Positions 1 to 8,208 of a stretch of 29,769 bases of DNA are shown piece by piece. A program made the position numbers and the translations under genes. Each line of letters starts with the position of its first letter. Positions within the stretch are counted from its first letter, which is position 1. Origin of the DNA: a plasmid. The notes beneath the pieces were generated by a model. That model searched no databases, was not told the origin of the DNA, and was given only the letters and a program-made list of their open reading frames with translations. The stretch lies in sequence record NZ_CP021967.1; one strand, given 5' to 3'.

Positions 1-843
1 TGGGATTGCCGCTCGTTAACCAATTTTTAGCACAAGGCTACGCGCTTGTGCGTATTTTAAGTGCACTTAAAATCAAACCTAGTACCTATTACAACTGGCG
101 CCATTGGCAGCCCAGTCGACAAGAAAAGCGTAGAGAATCTCTAAAACCTTATATTTTAGACGTTTGGAAAACCTTTAAATTTTATGGTTATCGCCGTATT
201 GCTGCTTATAGTCAACAAACCGACGGTCCGAAAGTATCTGGGTATATGACACTCAAATTGATGCGTGAATTAGGGATTAAATCCCGCATGCAAAAACGTT
301 ATCGCAAGCCAAAAACTGTGGTGACTGTTGATCAAAAGCCCAATTTGATTAGACACTTGCATGATTTGAGCGGTGTTTGGCAAACAGATATCACTTATAT
401 TCAGTTGACTAATCACAGATGGGTCTATTTAGCGACCGTTTTGGATCCTGAGAAGAGAAAAGTATTGGGCTATAAAATTGGCGATACAATGACAGCCGAG
501 CTAGCCACAAGTGCCTTACAGATGGCTTTAGATAAGCATCGAAGGCCATTAATTATTCATTCAGATATGGGGTCACATACACGAGTGCTGAATTTAATAT
601 TAAATGTCAAAATTATGGCTTGAAACATTCATATTCACTCAAAGGACATCCATACGATAATGGCCGTATGGAAGCATTTCATTCAATATTGAAACGTGAA
701 GAGGTGTATTTGAAGGCATACGAAACATTAACGCAAGTCCAAGCAGCCATTGGTTGGTATATCAATTTTTATAATCGCAATCGTATCTCAAATGTTGCCT
801 AAGTAACTGAATAAAAATAGTCCAATTTATTGACTTCTGAGCA
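1..843 (+). mobile_element. IS3-family element type A, 3' part (843 bp) of a copy split by the window origin. Joined to 29414..29769 it gives a 1199-bp copy.
   Basis: Sequence is identical to the reverse complement of 14606..15448 and 16544..17386. The right terminus ...TTGACTTCTGAGCA ends at 843. The window end ...GTCCGTAATG runs seamlessly into the window start TGGGATTGCC, as in the internal copies. Confidence 0.85.
6..802 (+). pseudogene. IS type-A orfB (DDE integrase/transposase), frameshifted and split into 6..623 and 620..802.
   Basis: Here ...HSDMGS is followed by HTRVLNLILNVKIMA*. The diverged paralog at 24587..25024 and the type-B IS both read HSDMGSQ(Y/F)TS...HSYSLKGHPYDN... through this point. 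The difference is a 1-nt deletion (CAATACACG -> CATACACG) that separates DD from the E of the DDE triad. Confidence 0.8.
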
Positions 844-1073
844 CATAGCACTGTTCATTGTTTTAGGCTTATCAATAATAATTGGCTCTTCTTGGTTGAT
901 CGTAAACTATCCACAAAAAATTATTTACTTCGTTACTATGATAGTTGGAGTTGTCATAATAATTATGACTAAACCCATTTGGCCCACAAAAAATAGAAAT
1001 GCTGAATAATTCAGAAATGATTGAGTTAAGGGGCTATAACTATCAATTGTCTCTGTTAAATACTATAAAAAAA

Positions 1074-1113
1074 GCCTCTAACAAATCAACTTGGCTTGTT
1101 AGAGGCTTTTTTT
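1074..1113. terminator. Rho-independent terminator, bidirectional (A-run before, T-run after).
   Basis: Stem GCCTCTAACAA / TTGTTAGAGGC with a TTTTTTTATTT tail. Confidence 0.6.
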
Positions 1114-1217
1114 ATTTAGATAATATAATAGCCCTTGAAATGTAAGGCTAAATTGAATGGCTAAGCGTTGCTATATAGAGGCGCATAAATACTTTGTTTC
1201 TCAATTTTGGCTAGGCA

Positions 1218-1226
1218 TGTTATAAT
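1218..1226 (+). promoter_or_regulatory. Extended -10 promoter (TGTTATAAT) driving a short + strand transcript.
   Basis: Canonical TGnTATAAT. An intrinsic terminator lies ~85 nt downstream. Confidence 0.45.
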
Positions 1227-1232
1227 GAATAC

Positions 1233-1350
1233 AGAAAAAGGAAGCCTTGCGCTAACAAGACTTCCCATTATAGAGCCGTATAAGACGGTGGCAAACTTAA
1301 AACGATTAAATAACCGCTAGCTTGGCAGAGCTAAGGCGGTTATTTTTTTT
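1233..1350 (+). ncRNA. Candidate ~110-nt sRNA (antitoxin-like RNA of module a), ending in a bidirectional terminator shared with the convergent peptide gene.
   Basis: Promoter at 1218..1226. Terminator stem TAACCGC...GCGGTTA (1311..1342) plus a T8 tract. No plausible ORF with an RBS. Confidence 0.35.
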
Positions 1351-1444
1351 GTTGGTTTTTAATCAACTCAACAACTAATGCTAGTAAGGTAACTATGAAA
1401 GTACCAAACATTAGCATAAGCTGTAAAGCGTCCGATACGGACAC
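1340..1444 (-). CDS. 34-aa hydrophobic peptide (VSVSDALQLMLMFGTFIVTLLALVVELIKNQQKK; GTG start). Candidate Fst/Ldr-like type I toxin (module a).
   Basis: RBS AAGGAG lies 7 nt upstream of GTG. The peptide has a single TM-like core and a Lys-rich tail. The stop abuts the bidirectional terminator. An upstream TGTATAAT -10 on the minus strand (1551..1546) gives a ~95-nt 5' UTR. The ORF is under 60 aa and so is absent from the ORF track. Confidence 0.4.
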   Translation of the reverse strand: MSVSDALQLMLMFGTFIVTLLALVVELIKNQQKK

Positions 1445-1649
1445 TTGGGCTACTCCTTTCCTAGAATGTGAGTTTATAGTTTTTACACCATAAGCACCAC
1501 CCCCCTTAAGGAAATAGCCACCGCCTTAACTTCTCTACTTGAACTATTATACAGGATAAAGCGTGATTTACCTATTGATGATTAATGCTCTAATATCCTG
1601 AACGGCTAGTTTTCTATTTTCAATATAAATATAATTATCCGACATGTTT

Positions 1650-1967
1650 TCAATGAACCCAGATATATTTTTTTTTGGTTTCATGATTGAAGTTAGTTTC
1701 ATCTAATTGAATAGTCACAGTATAATAATTTGCTAATGCGTGCATTGCATTATGAAATATTTTATCCGTAGTCATTTTGGGTAACTTTTTTTCACTATAT
1801 ACATTTTCCTGATCCATTTTCCTTAATGCAGAAGTATGGTCGCTTAAAAAGAAGCCACGCCACTTTTTAATGCCCCTATCTCTATAATCATACTGAAAGT
1901 AATTATTGATTAAAGCGCTAAAATCTTGATCCATTTCATTTCTCATTTCAAATTTTTTATTCCTCAA
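1650..1967 (-). CDS. Hypothetical protein, 105 aa (motif YDYRDRGIKKWRGFFLSDHT), transcribed divergently from the AT-rich two-gene operon.
   Basis: Intact ORF in a very AT-rich segment. No family recognised by eye. Confidence 0.5.
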   Translation of the reverse strand: MRNKKFEMRNEMDQDFSALINNYFQYDYRDRGIKKWRGFFLSDHTSALRKMDQENVYSEKKLPKMTTDKIFHNAMHALANYYTVTIQLDETNFNHETKKKYIWVH

Positions 1968-2067
1968 TTATACGAACGTTAGTTCCCTTATGCAAGCGGC
2001 TCGATTTTAAACTTTTGTTATATTATATATGTAGTTCAAAAATATAGACTAAAAGGAAAATTTTGTT

Positions 2068-2739
2068 ATGCTTAAAATACTAAGTGAATCCATATACCAA
2101 ATTTACAAGTTTACATCAGGGATAGTATCATGGGGATTAATTAATATACCTGTTAGCTGGTTATCTTTTTTTATAGCCATCATAGGTTTGGCTAGGAATA
2201 ATCATAATAAATTACGACAAAGATTTGATTATTCATCAGTAACCCACCCATGTAATACAGTTATTACTGTTTACAACGACAGTTTAGTAACAGAAACTTC
2301 ACGATTTAATGGAATAATAGTCACTGCAAAAAAGCCAAACTTACTACGGAAAAAAGTAATTAAATGGAATTTGAAAAATAAAAAATTTGGACATAATAAA
2401 CAGCTTTTATTCCCTTTTCATCAAATGGTAAATATTCAGAATAACGAAGAAATAAAACAATCTGATTTTTTTGCTGTTAAGAGCCATGAAATGAGAGAAA
2501 TTATAATCAATAAAAAAAATTTTTTAAATTCAATAAAAAATAAGCTATACAGTAATATTAAGGCACTTACAAAGTTTACTAATAAGAAAGCATTTTATGT
2601 ATATTTTGTTTATGAAACGGTTACTGGTAAAACAAGAATGTTTGCTGTTAAAATTATTTTTGATGACCCTATTGGTCAGGATCTAAATATTGACGATTGT
2701 AATAAAGTGCTACAAGCTAAATTAAAGTACAATAACTAA
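2068..2739 (+). CDS. Hypothetical membrane-anchored protein, 223 aa. One or two N-terminal TM helices, then a Lys/Asn-rich soluble domain.
   Basis: Hydrophobic stretch GIVSWGLINIPVSWLSFFIAIIGLA at residues ~18-42. RBS AAAGGAAAA upstream. The next gene starts 53 bp downstream, so the two are probably co-transcribed. Confidence 0.6.
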   Translation: MLKILSESIYQIYKFTSGIVSWGLINIPVSWLSFFIAIIGLARNNHNKLRQRFDYSSVTHPCNTVITVYNDSLVTETSRFNGIIVTAKKPNLLRKKVIKWNLKNKKFGHNKQLLFPFHQMVNIQNNEEIKQSDFFAVKSHEMREIIINKKNFLNSIKNKLYSNIKALTKFTNKKAFYVYFVYETVTGKTRMFAVKIIFDDPIGQDLNIDDCNKVLQAKLKYNN

Positions 2740-2792
2740 CAAGTTAAGGGTAAAATACAACTAATATTTAAAAAAAGGGATAGCATTAATAG

Positions 2793-3899
2793 ATGGATTA
2801 CACTGAATTCTACAAACATGTTCAAAACGAATTGAAAGTTACCGGAACAGATAACCAGTTTCATCTGTATTATGATGAAACAAATAACTTTAGATCTTTT
2901 AAAGTAGACGATAAAGGTTTTAATGCTGACGAACATGCCTATTTCATACTTGGAGGAATTGGCATAAAAACCGACTCGCATGACATTGTTGAAGGTGTTG
3001 ATAGCCTCTTCTCAAAATTTGGTATGCAAGCAAATGCTCAAGAAATAAAGTTTAAGCATATCAAGAATGGTGCCAATAATTTTATTGAGTTAATGGATAA
3101 AAAAAGAGTAAAAGTTTTTTTGAATTGGCTTTATGAAAATGACAATGTTTTTATCCACTATAATTATGTAGATAATTTTTATTTCTCTATTGTTGACATT
3201 GTTGACTCTTTACCCAATTCAATGCTTCTCGGCATAGAATTTAATCGTGACCTAAAAGATTGTTTGTATCAAATTATGAAAACTGATAAAGAATATTTTA
3301 CAAACCTTTTCGTTTTATTAGGCTATCCAAATGTTAACAACCCTAAATTACTAATAAATAAAATTATAGAAAAGATAAATGAAATTACCCCATACGGAGA
3401 TGATTTTTGTTTAGAGTATTTACGACAGATCTTAAAATCAGCAATTAGGTCCAAACTTCCTCTTTTAGAAAATAATGTCGAGGGTGAATTGATAGATAAC
3501 TACTCTGATCTATACGCACAGAGTATTTATTCTTTTCCAAATTCTCATCACAAATTTGATCATGAATATAATATTGAGCCATTTTTAGCGAATAACCCTA
3601 TTTATGTAAATGACAAACTAGTAGACTATATTTTTGATGATTCTAAACATTCTCGATTATTACAATTATCTGATTTAACAGTTGGCATTTTAAGACATTG
3701 GATGAGTTTCCTTGAAAAAAATTCGGAATCGAAAATTTCAGATATTTTAAACAGTTTATCTAGCAATCAAGAAACAAACATTCGAAAATTACAACAAGTT
3801 ATGAACAATTCACTATCTGAAAGTCAGGGTTTCAAAATTGGTTCTGGGAGTAATACGTTTGAAAATAAAGTTTCCGATTTCTTAACTTATAAATTTTAA
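2793..3899 (+). CDS. Hypothetical 368-aa protein with DUF3800-like motifs (FHLYYDETNN near the N-terminus, SRLLQLSDLTVGIL near the C-terminus). Candidate effector of an uncharacterised defence/Abi pair.
   Basis: Long intact ORF in the ~27% GC island. The family assignment comes from remembered consensus motifs (iyiDESG ... QlADl) and is not verified. Confidence 0.65.
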   Translation: MDYTEFYKHVQNELKVTGTDNQFHLYYDETNNFRSFKVDDKGFNADEHAYFILGGIGIKTDSHDIVEGVDSLFSKFGMQANAQEIKFKHIKNGANNFIELMDKKRVKVFLNWLYENDNVFIHYNYVDNFYFSIVDIVDSLPNSMLLGIEFNRDLKDCLYQIMKTDKEYFTNLFVLLGYPNVNNPKLLINKIIEKINEITPYGDDFCLEYLRQILKSAIRSKLPLLENNVEGELIDNYSDLYAQSIYSFPNSHHKFDHEYNIEPFLANNPIYVNDKLVDYIFDDSKHSRLLQLSDLTVGILRHWMSFLEKNSESKISDILNSLSSNQETNIRKLQQVMNNSLSESQGFKIGSGSNTFENKVSDFLTYKF

Positions 3900-4104
3900 C
3901 TAGAATAATTCAGATACTCGATTATTACTGACTATAAAAGATCCAGAACATATCAACTTAAGGACGGTAAGAAATTATATTAAATTTAATTTGCGATACA
4001 AGATAATGTGCATTAAAAGGTGACATATCTTAACAATTGTGTCGCTTTTTTTTTGTGCCTTATAATTAAAGGTGTTAAAATAAGTCATAACTTACCACCA
4101 TAAA

Positions 4105-4219
4105 GCAGTCCAATTAATTTATTGACTTCTAAGTAAAATACCAGGAGTTTTGCTATGAGTTAACTATGATCCTAGGTGGTCACTAAAACATTCCTTAATT
4201 CAGGGTCTATAATTATAAT
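4105..4219. repeat. Repeat R copy 1 (~115 bp). Its first ~30 bp resemble an IS3-type terminal IR (CAGTCCAATTAATTTATTGACTTCTAAG).
   Basis: ~95% identical to 6034..6148. Resembles the type-A right end ...GTCCAATTTATTGACTTCTGAGCA. Confidence 0.75.
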
Positions 4220-4287
4220 AATGGCACTTTAAAGCGCCTGCTCATAAGTCAATAATTCGGAATGTTTTTTATCTAGGGCTGAACTGA

Positions 4288-5082
4288 TTAGGCAACTTTT
4301 ATTTTTTGATTGGCAAGACTGATTCTTTCGTTGTTGAACCAATGAATATACTTGGACACATCTAAAATTAGATGTGCAATCGATGGAAACCGGAATTGAT
4401 AAATCATTTCACGCTTTAATAGGGAGTGAAAACTTTCAATTTTGGCATTATCATATGGATGTCCTAGTTTTGAATACGAATGATCAATTTTATGTCGCTT
4501 TAACAAATTTTCAAAGCCAAAACTAGTGAACTGACTGCCCATATCAGTATGTAAATAATTTGGTTTTTTATCAGTTGACAGCGATCTTTGTAGTGTTGTA
4601 ACTACCAATTTGGTATCCATCGTGGCACTGATTGGATGGGCTAATATCTTACGCGTTTGTAACTCTAAAACTGACGCTAAATAGACCCACTGACCATTAC
4701 TCAACTTTAAATAAGTGATGTCCATGCTCCAAGCGTTGGCTTCGGGTAAATGCCTGATTAAGTTGGGACGTTGACGATAATCAACAGTTGTCGTTGGTTT
4801 GTTAAATCGACGACTCATGACAGAGTATATGCCAGCTTCTCGCATTAAACGACGAACTCGGTTGGTTCCATGATGCAAATTCAGATCAGCTAATGCTAAT
4901 CGCAGACGTGGCGCGCCATAAGCTTTATAGTTATTTTGCCAAATTTCACGCAACAAAGCTTTTAAGATCATGTCTTCTCGTTGTCGTTGGCTCTCAGTAT
5001 AGTGAACCCAATCAAAGTAGGTGCTTTTGGGTATTTTGAGTAGGCGAAGCACCATCATGAGTTTAAAATGCTGTTTTAGCAA
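4288..5082 (-). CDS. IS type-B orfB, DDE transposase (integrase core). The frame is open upstream into orfA, consistent with an OrfAB fusion.
   Basis: HTDMGSQFTS...HPYDNAKIESFHSLLKRE motif. The orfB frame sits at -1 relative to orfA with ~15 open codons of overlap. Confidence 0.85.
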   Translation of the reverse strand: MLKQHFKLMMVLRLLKIPKSTYFDWVHYTESQRQREDMILKALLREIWQNNYKAYGAPRLRLALADLNLHHGTNRVRRLMREAGIYSVMSRRFNKPTTTVDYRQRPNLIRHLPEANAWSMDITYLKLSNGQWVYLASVLELQTRKILAHPISATMDTKLVVTTLQRSLSTDKKPNYLHTDMGSQFTSFGFENLLKRHKIDHSYSKLGHPYDNAKIESFHSLLKREMIYQFRFPSIAHLILDVSKYIHWFNNERISLANQKIKVA

Positions 5083-5114
5083 TGATTGTACAATAGGAAA
5101 ATGGGTCTTACGTG

Positions 5115-5390
5115 TTACTTGCGATGTTCGCCCAGCAAAACGGCCGCAATTTTTAAAATTTCGTTTTCTTCTTTGAGTCTTGCGACTTCTTTCTGCATTG
5201 CATTAAATTGGGCGCGAGTCACTGGCTTACCGGTAACGTCCGTCCCAATGATTTGGGCTTTCTTCACCCAACCCGTGACGGTTTGTACAGCCAAATGGTA
5301 TTCATTGGCTAGAGAATTAGCAGAACGTCCCTCGTTATACAAGGTGACAATTGATGACTTAAATTCTGTTGAGTATCGCTTAGCTTTCAT
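5115..5390 (-). CDS. IS type-B orfA (HTH + leucine zipper), with a putative T_TTA_AAA slippery heptamer at ...ENEILK.
   Basis: 91 aa with a LARLKEENEILKIA zipper. The heptamer TTTAAAA sits in the 0 frame just before the overlap with the orfB frame. Confidence 0.8.
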   Translation of the reverse strand: MKAKRYSTEFKSSIVTLYNEGRSANSLANEYHLAVQTVTGWVKKAQIIGTDVTGKPVTRAQFNAMQKEVARLKEENEILKIAAVLLGEHRK

Positions 5391-5585
5391 AATATAAAAA
5401 AACTCCTATACTTGATTATCTCGGATTATGCCCTAGAAATAAAGCGGTCCGGATTTTCAGTATACGAGCAGCCACAAAGTACATAGAAGACCTTGATACT
5501 TATACACCTATGTTGATGGAAGCATTGCATTTAAGTTTATGGTGTATCATGTTGTTATACAAATTAAAATTATAGGTGGTTTAGA

Positions 5586-6002
5586 ATGAAAAAAATTTAT
5601 TTTTTATGTACAGGAAATTCTTGTCGCAGTCAAATGGCTGAAGGATATGCAAAAAAAATATTGCCGGCAAATGAGTTTCAAATCGAGAGTGCAGGGATTG
5701 AAACTCATGGGTTAAATCTAAATGCTGTTAAAGTTATGGCTGAAGATGGAGTAGATATTAGTAGCCACTACTCTAAATTAATTGATCTAAATTATTTGAA
5801 CACTTCAGATTTAGTTATTACTTTATGTGGTGATGCCAAGGATAAATGTCCTATGCTTCCCCCTCAAACCAAGAGTTTACACTGGCCTTTATCTGACCCA
5901 GCGCAAGCCACAGGAACTTTAGAAGAACAACTACAAGAATTCCGTAAGGTTCGTGACGAAATTAAAAAATTAGTTACAAGTTTGAATAACTACGTTCATT
6001 AA
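5586..6002 (+). CDS. arsC: Arsenate reductase, thioredoxin-coupled LMW-PTP type (pI258 ArsC-like).
   Basis: P-loop CTGNSCRS (CX5R) at residues 9-16, plus the conserved Cys pair in [10 protein letters not shown]. 138 aa. Confidence 0.9.
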   Translation: MKKIYFLCTGNSCRSQMAEGYAKKILPANEFQIESAGIETHGLNLNAVKVMAEDGVDISSHYSKLIDLNYLNTSDLVITLCGDAKDKCPMLPPQTKSLHWPLSDPAQATGTLEEQLQEFRKVRDEIKKLVTSLNNYVH

Positions 6003-6033
6003 TAAAAAAACGCCATATAGTGCCGCAGCAAAA

Positions 6034-6148
6034 CAGTCCAATTAATTTATTGACTTCTAAGTAAAATACCAGGAGTTTTGCTATGAGTTAACTATGATCC
6101 TAGGTAGTCACTAAAATATTCCTTAATTTAGGGGCTATAATTATAGGA
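6034..6148. repeat. Repeat R copy 2. Together with copy 1 it brackets the [IS type B + arsC] segment as a direct repeat.
   Basis: See 4105..4219. It ends in GGGGCTATAATTATAGG (a -10-like TATAAT) immediately upstream of the arsR-rhodanese gene. Confidence 0.75.
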
Positions 6149-6266
6149 TGACTCCTAAATCTAAAAAGACAAGGCCCATTAATTTATTAACTAATAATAT
6201 TGAATTTCAATTTCATAGGAAAACTGGTAAACTATTCAACACAATAGTTGAAAAGGTGGAAAGAAA

Positions 6267-6911
6267 ATGTTTGAACAAGCAGTTAACTACAAAAATGGAC
6301 TATATAAAGAACTATCTAAAATTGGTAAGGGGCTAAGCAGTGATCGACGATTAGAAATTCTTGATCTTTTAACTCAAGCACCCAAATCAGTTGAAACTAT
6401 TGCCAACGGGGTCGGAATAAGTGTAGCTAACGCCTCACGCCATCTACAAATATTGAAGGACAGTCATCTGGTTAAAACAAAACGAAAAGGCAATCATATT
6501 ATTTATAGCCTTAGTTCTCCCAAAATTAGTGATTTTGTGCACCTATTAACCGATATTGGCAACAGTGAACTTTCAGATATGAAAACAATTCAGGATAAAT
6601 CAGACGCTCAAGATAACGTTAAAACCATTTCCTTAAAGCAAGCTCAAGAAGAATACAAAAATAGCTTTGTCCTTGATGTACGACCTTCTGATGAATATGC
6701 AGCAGGCCACATACAATCGGCAATTAATGTCCCATTGGAAACATTAAAAGAATCAATGCCCAAATTACCTAAAGATCAAAAAATTATTGTTTATTGCCGT
6801 GGAAGACTATGTGCTAATTCCAACATTGCCACACAGATCTTAAATAGAAATGGTTTTGACGCAGTTAGTTTAAATTCAAGTTACTATGATTGGAATAAAA
6901 TAACAGAATAA
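6267..6911 (+). CDS. ArsR/SmtB-family HTH regulator fused to a C-terminal rhodanese domain.
   Basis: N-terminal LEILDLLTQAPKSVETIANGVGISVANASRHLQILKDSHLV is a winged HTH. The C-terminal rhodanese fold carries the active-site loop VYCRGRLCAN. Confidence 0.8.
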   Translation: MFEQAVNYKNGLYKELSKIGKGLSSDRRLEILDLLTQAPKSVETIANGVGISVANASRHLQILKDSHLVKTKRKGNHIIYSLSSPKISDFVHLLTDIGNSELSDMKTIQDKSDAQDNVKTISLKQAQEEYKNSFVLDVRPSDEYAAGHIQSAINVPLETLKESMPKLPKDQKIIVYCRGRLCANSNIATQILNRNGFDAVSLNSSYYDWNKITE

Positions 6912-6918
6912 ACAGTTT

Positions 6919-6958
6919 AAGCACGATTTAGTCATTTATTGATTAAATCGTGCTTTTA
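6919..6958 (+). terminator. Rho-independent terminator after the arsR-rhodanese gene.
   Basis: Stem AAGCACGATTTA / TAAATCGTGCTT followed by TTTTAT. Confidence 0.7.
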
Positions 6959-6960
6959 TA

Positions 6961-6990
6961 TTGACTTACAAAAAGTATGTGATATTATTA
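6961..6990 (+). promoter_or_regulatory. Promoter of the thioredoxin operon: TTGACT, 16 bp, then TGaTATTAT (extended -10).
   Basis: -35 TTGACT at 6961..6966. TG at 6980..6981. -10 TATTAT at 6983..6988. Confidence 0.55.
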
Positions 6991-6994
6991 AACT

Positions 6995-7014
6995 ATTCAA
7001 TCAAACAATTGAAT
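6995..7014. promoter_or_regulatory. Inverted repeat ATTCAA-N8-TTGAAT at the predicted TSS of the trx operon. Candidate operator.
   Basis: Near-perfect palindrome ATTCAATCAAACAATTGAAT between the -10 and the RBS. Confidence 0.35.
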
Positions 7015-7036
7015 AATTGAAAGGCGGTGACATAAC

Positions 7037-7318
7037 TTGTCTACTATTGGTAAAACGCTAACCTTAATTAATTTTGAGAATAATTGGTGCGCCCAGTGTT
7101 ATACGCAGCGACCAATAATAAATAAGATTAGCCATGACTTTAATTCATATTTAAACGTTCGGGTAGTGAATTCAGATGCTCACCCAGAACTAGCAAAAAA
7201 ATACAATGTTTATTCCGCACCCAGTACTATTTTGCTGCGTGATGGAAAAATCGTTGAAAAAATTACCCGTTTTATTGATCAATCACAATTAACAACTTTA
7301 ATTAAATATTACCTATAA
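7037..7318 (+). CDS. Thioredoxin-family protein, 93 aa, with a CAQC active site.
   Basis: WCAQC motif in the N-terminal third. TTG start with RBS GAAAGGCGGTGA. Confidence 0.7.
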   Translation: MSTIGKTLTLINFENNWCAQCYTQRPIINKISHDFNSYLNVRVVNSDAHPELAKKYNVYSAPSTILLRDGKIVEKITRFIDQSQLTTLIKYYL

Positions 7319-7331
7319 AGGAGCGACTCTT

Positions 7332-7646
7332 ATGGTTAAGAACTTAACTGACAAAGACTTTGTGAAAGAAACTAGTACCGGTGTTACATTAACTGATTTT
7401 TGGGCTACTTGGTGTCCTCCATGTCGAATGCAAGGACCGATTATTGAACAACTTGATAAAGAAATTGGCGATAAAGTCAAAATTACTAAAATGGACGTAG
7501 ATGCAAATCAAAAAACACCAATAGCATTTGGAATTATGTCTATTCCAACCTTAATTATCAAAAAAGATGGCCAAGTAGTTGATAAGCTGGTTGGCCTCCA
7601 CAGTAAGGATCAACTTAAAACCGTTCTTGCTCAATATACTAATTAG
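7332..7646 (+). CDS. trxA: Thioredoxin (WCPPC variant of WCGPC), 104 aa.
   Basis: FWATWCPPCRMQGP active-site context. Length is typical of thioredoxin. Confidence 0.85.
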   Translation: MVKNLTDKDFVKETSTGVTLTDFWATWCPPCRMQGPIIEQLDKEIGDKVKITKMDVDANQKTPIAFGIMSIPTLIIKKDGQVVDKLVGLHSKDQLKTVLAQYTN

Positions 7647-7666
7647 GTTAAGAGGGGAGAAGCTGA

Positions 7667-7990
7667 ATGGAACAACTATCAGTAATGAATAAAAAAGAAT
7701 TTGATAAAAAACTGAAGAATGGAAAATATATTTTAGTTTTTATGGCTTCTTGGTGCCCTGATTGTAGCTTTATCAAGCCTCATCTACCAGAGATTGAACA
7801 AGAATTCAAAGATTACACTTTCATCAGTGTCGATCGTGATGAGAATACCGAATTGGCTCAAGAACTAAATATCTTTGGTATTCCAAGCTTCGTTATTTTT
7901 AGAGATGGGCAAGAAATCGGAAGACTTGTCAATAAAGATCGGAAGACTAAAGAAGAAGTCGAAAATTTCATTACCAACACTATTAACTAA
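7667..7990 (+). CDS. Thioredoxin-like protein, 107 aa, with a WCPDC active site.
   Basis: [27 protein letters not shown]. Confidence 0.75.
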   Translation: MEQLSVMNKKEFDKKLKNGKYILVFMASWCPDCSFIKPHLPEIEQEFKDYTFISVDRDENTELAQELNIFGIPSFVIFRDGQEIGRLVNKDRKTKEEVENFITNTIN

Positions 7991-8208
7991 TGAAGAAGTT
8001 TTTTACTATCCTTGGCGGTATGGGGACGTTAGCAACTGAAAGTTATGTCCGACTCCTTAATAAGAAAACTGAAACCCATAAAGACCAAGACTATTTAGAT
8101 TATATAGTGGGTAACCATTATTGATGCACAAGAAGTCATTGTTAATCGTTCATTGGATAAGGGATTAGCGTTACGTGACGACTAATAAGTAGATTGGAGT
8201 GAAATTTA

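Larger units (their letters stand above)
4239..5472 (-). mobile_element. IS3-family element type B (1234 bp), complete, with an orfA/orfB -1 frameshift arrangement.
   Basis: Termini are TGCTCATAAGTCAATAATTCGG... (right, at 4239) and ...AGTATACGAGCA (left, at 5472). Copies of the left end recur at 23852..23901 and 26700..26753. Confidence 0.8.

Noticed and set aside
1283-1536. Apparent similarity between the module-a sRNA (AAGACGGTGGCA) and the peptide mRNA UTR (AAGGCGGTGGCT) as an antisense pairing site.
   Set aside because: On the DNA these are inverted repeats, so the two RNAs carry the same sense rather than complementary sequences. They cannot pair there. The complementarity is instead between the UTR and the mRNA's own 3' terminator arm.
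2736-2981. 81-aa minus-strand ORF spanning the junction between the two island genes.
   Set aside because: It overlaps the end of the 2068..2739 gene and the start of the 2793..3899 gene on the opposite strand. Hydrophobic low-complexity translation of AT-rich DNA.
5086-5397. 103-aa + strand ORF overlapping IS type-B orfA.
   Set aside because: Antisense to orfA, and the peptide has no transposase features.
6148-6336. 62-aa ORF overlapping the start of the arsR-rhodanese gene.
   Set aside because: It overlaps the regulator's start out of frame, it starts inside repeat R2, and it has no RBS. More likely it is untranslated leader.
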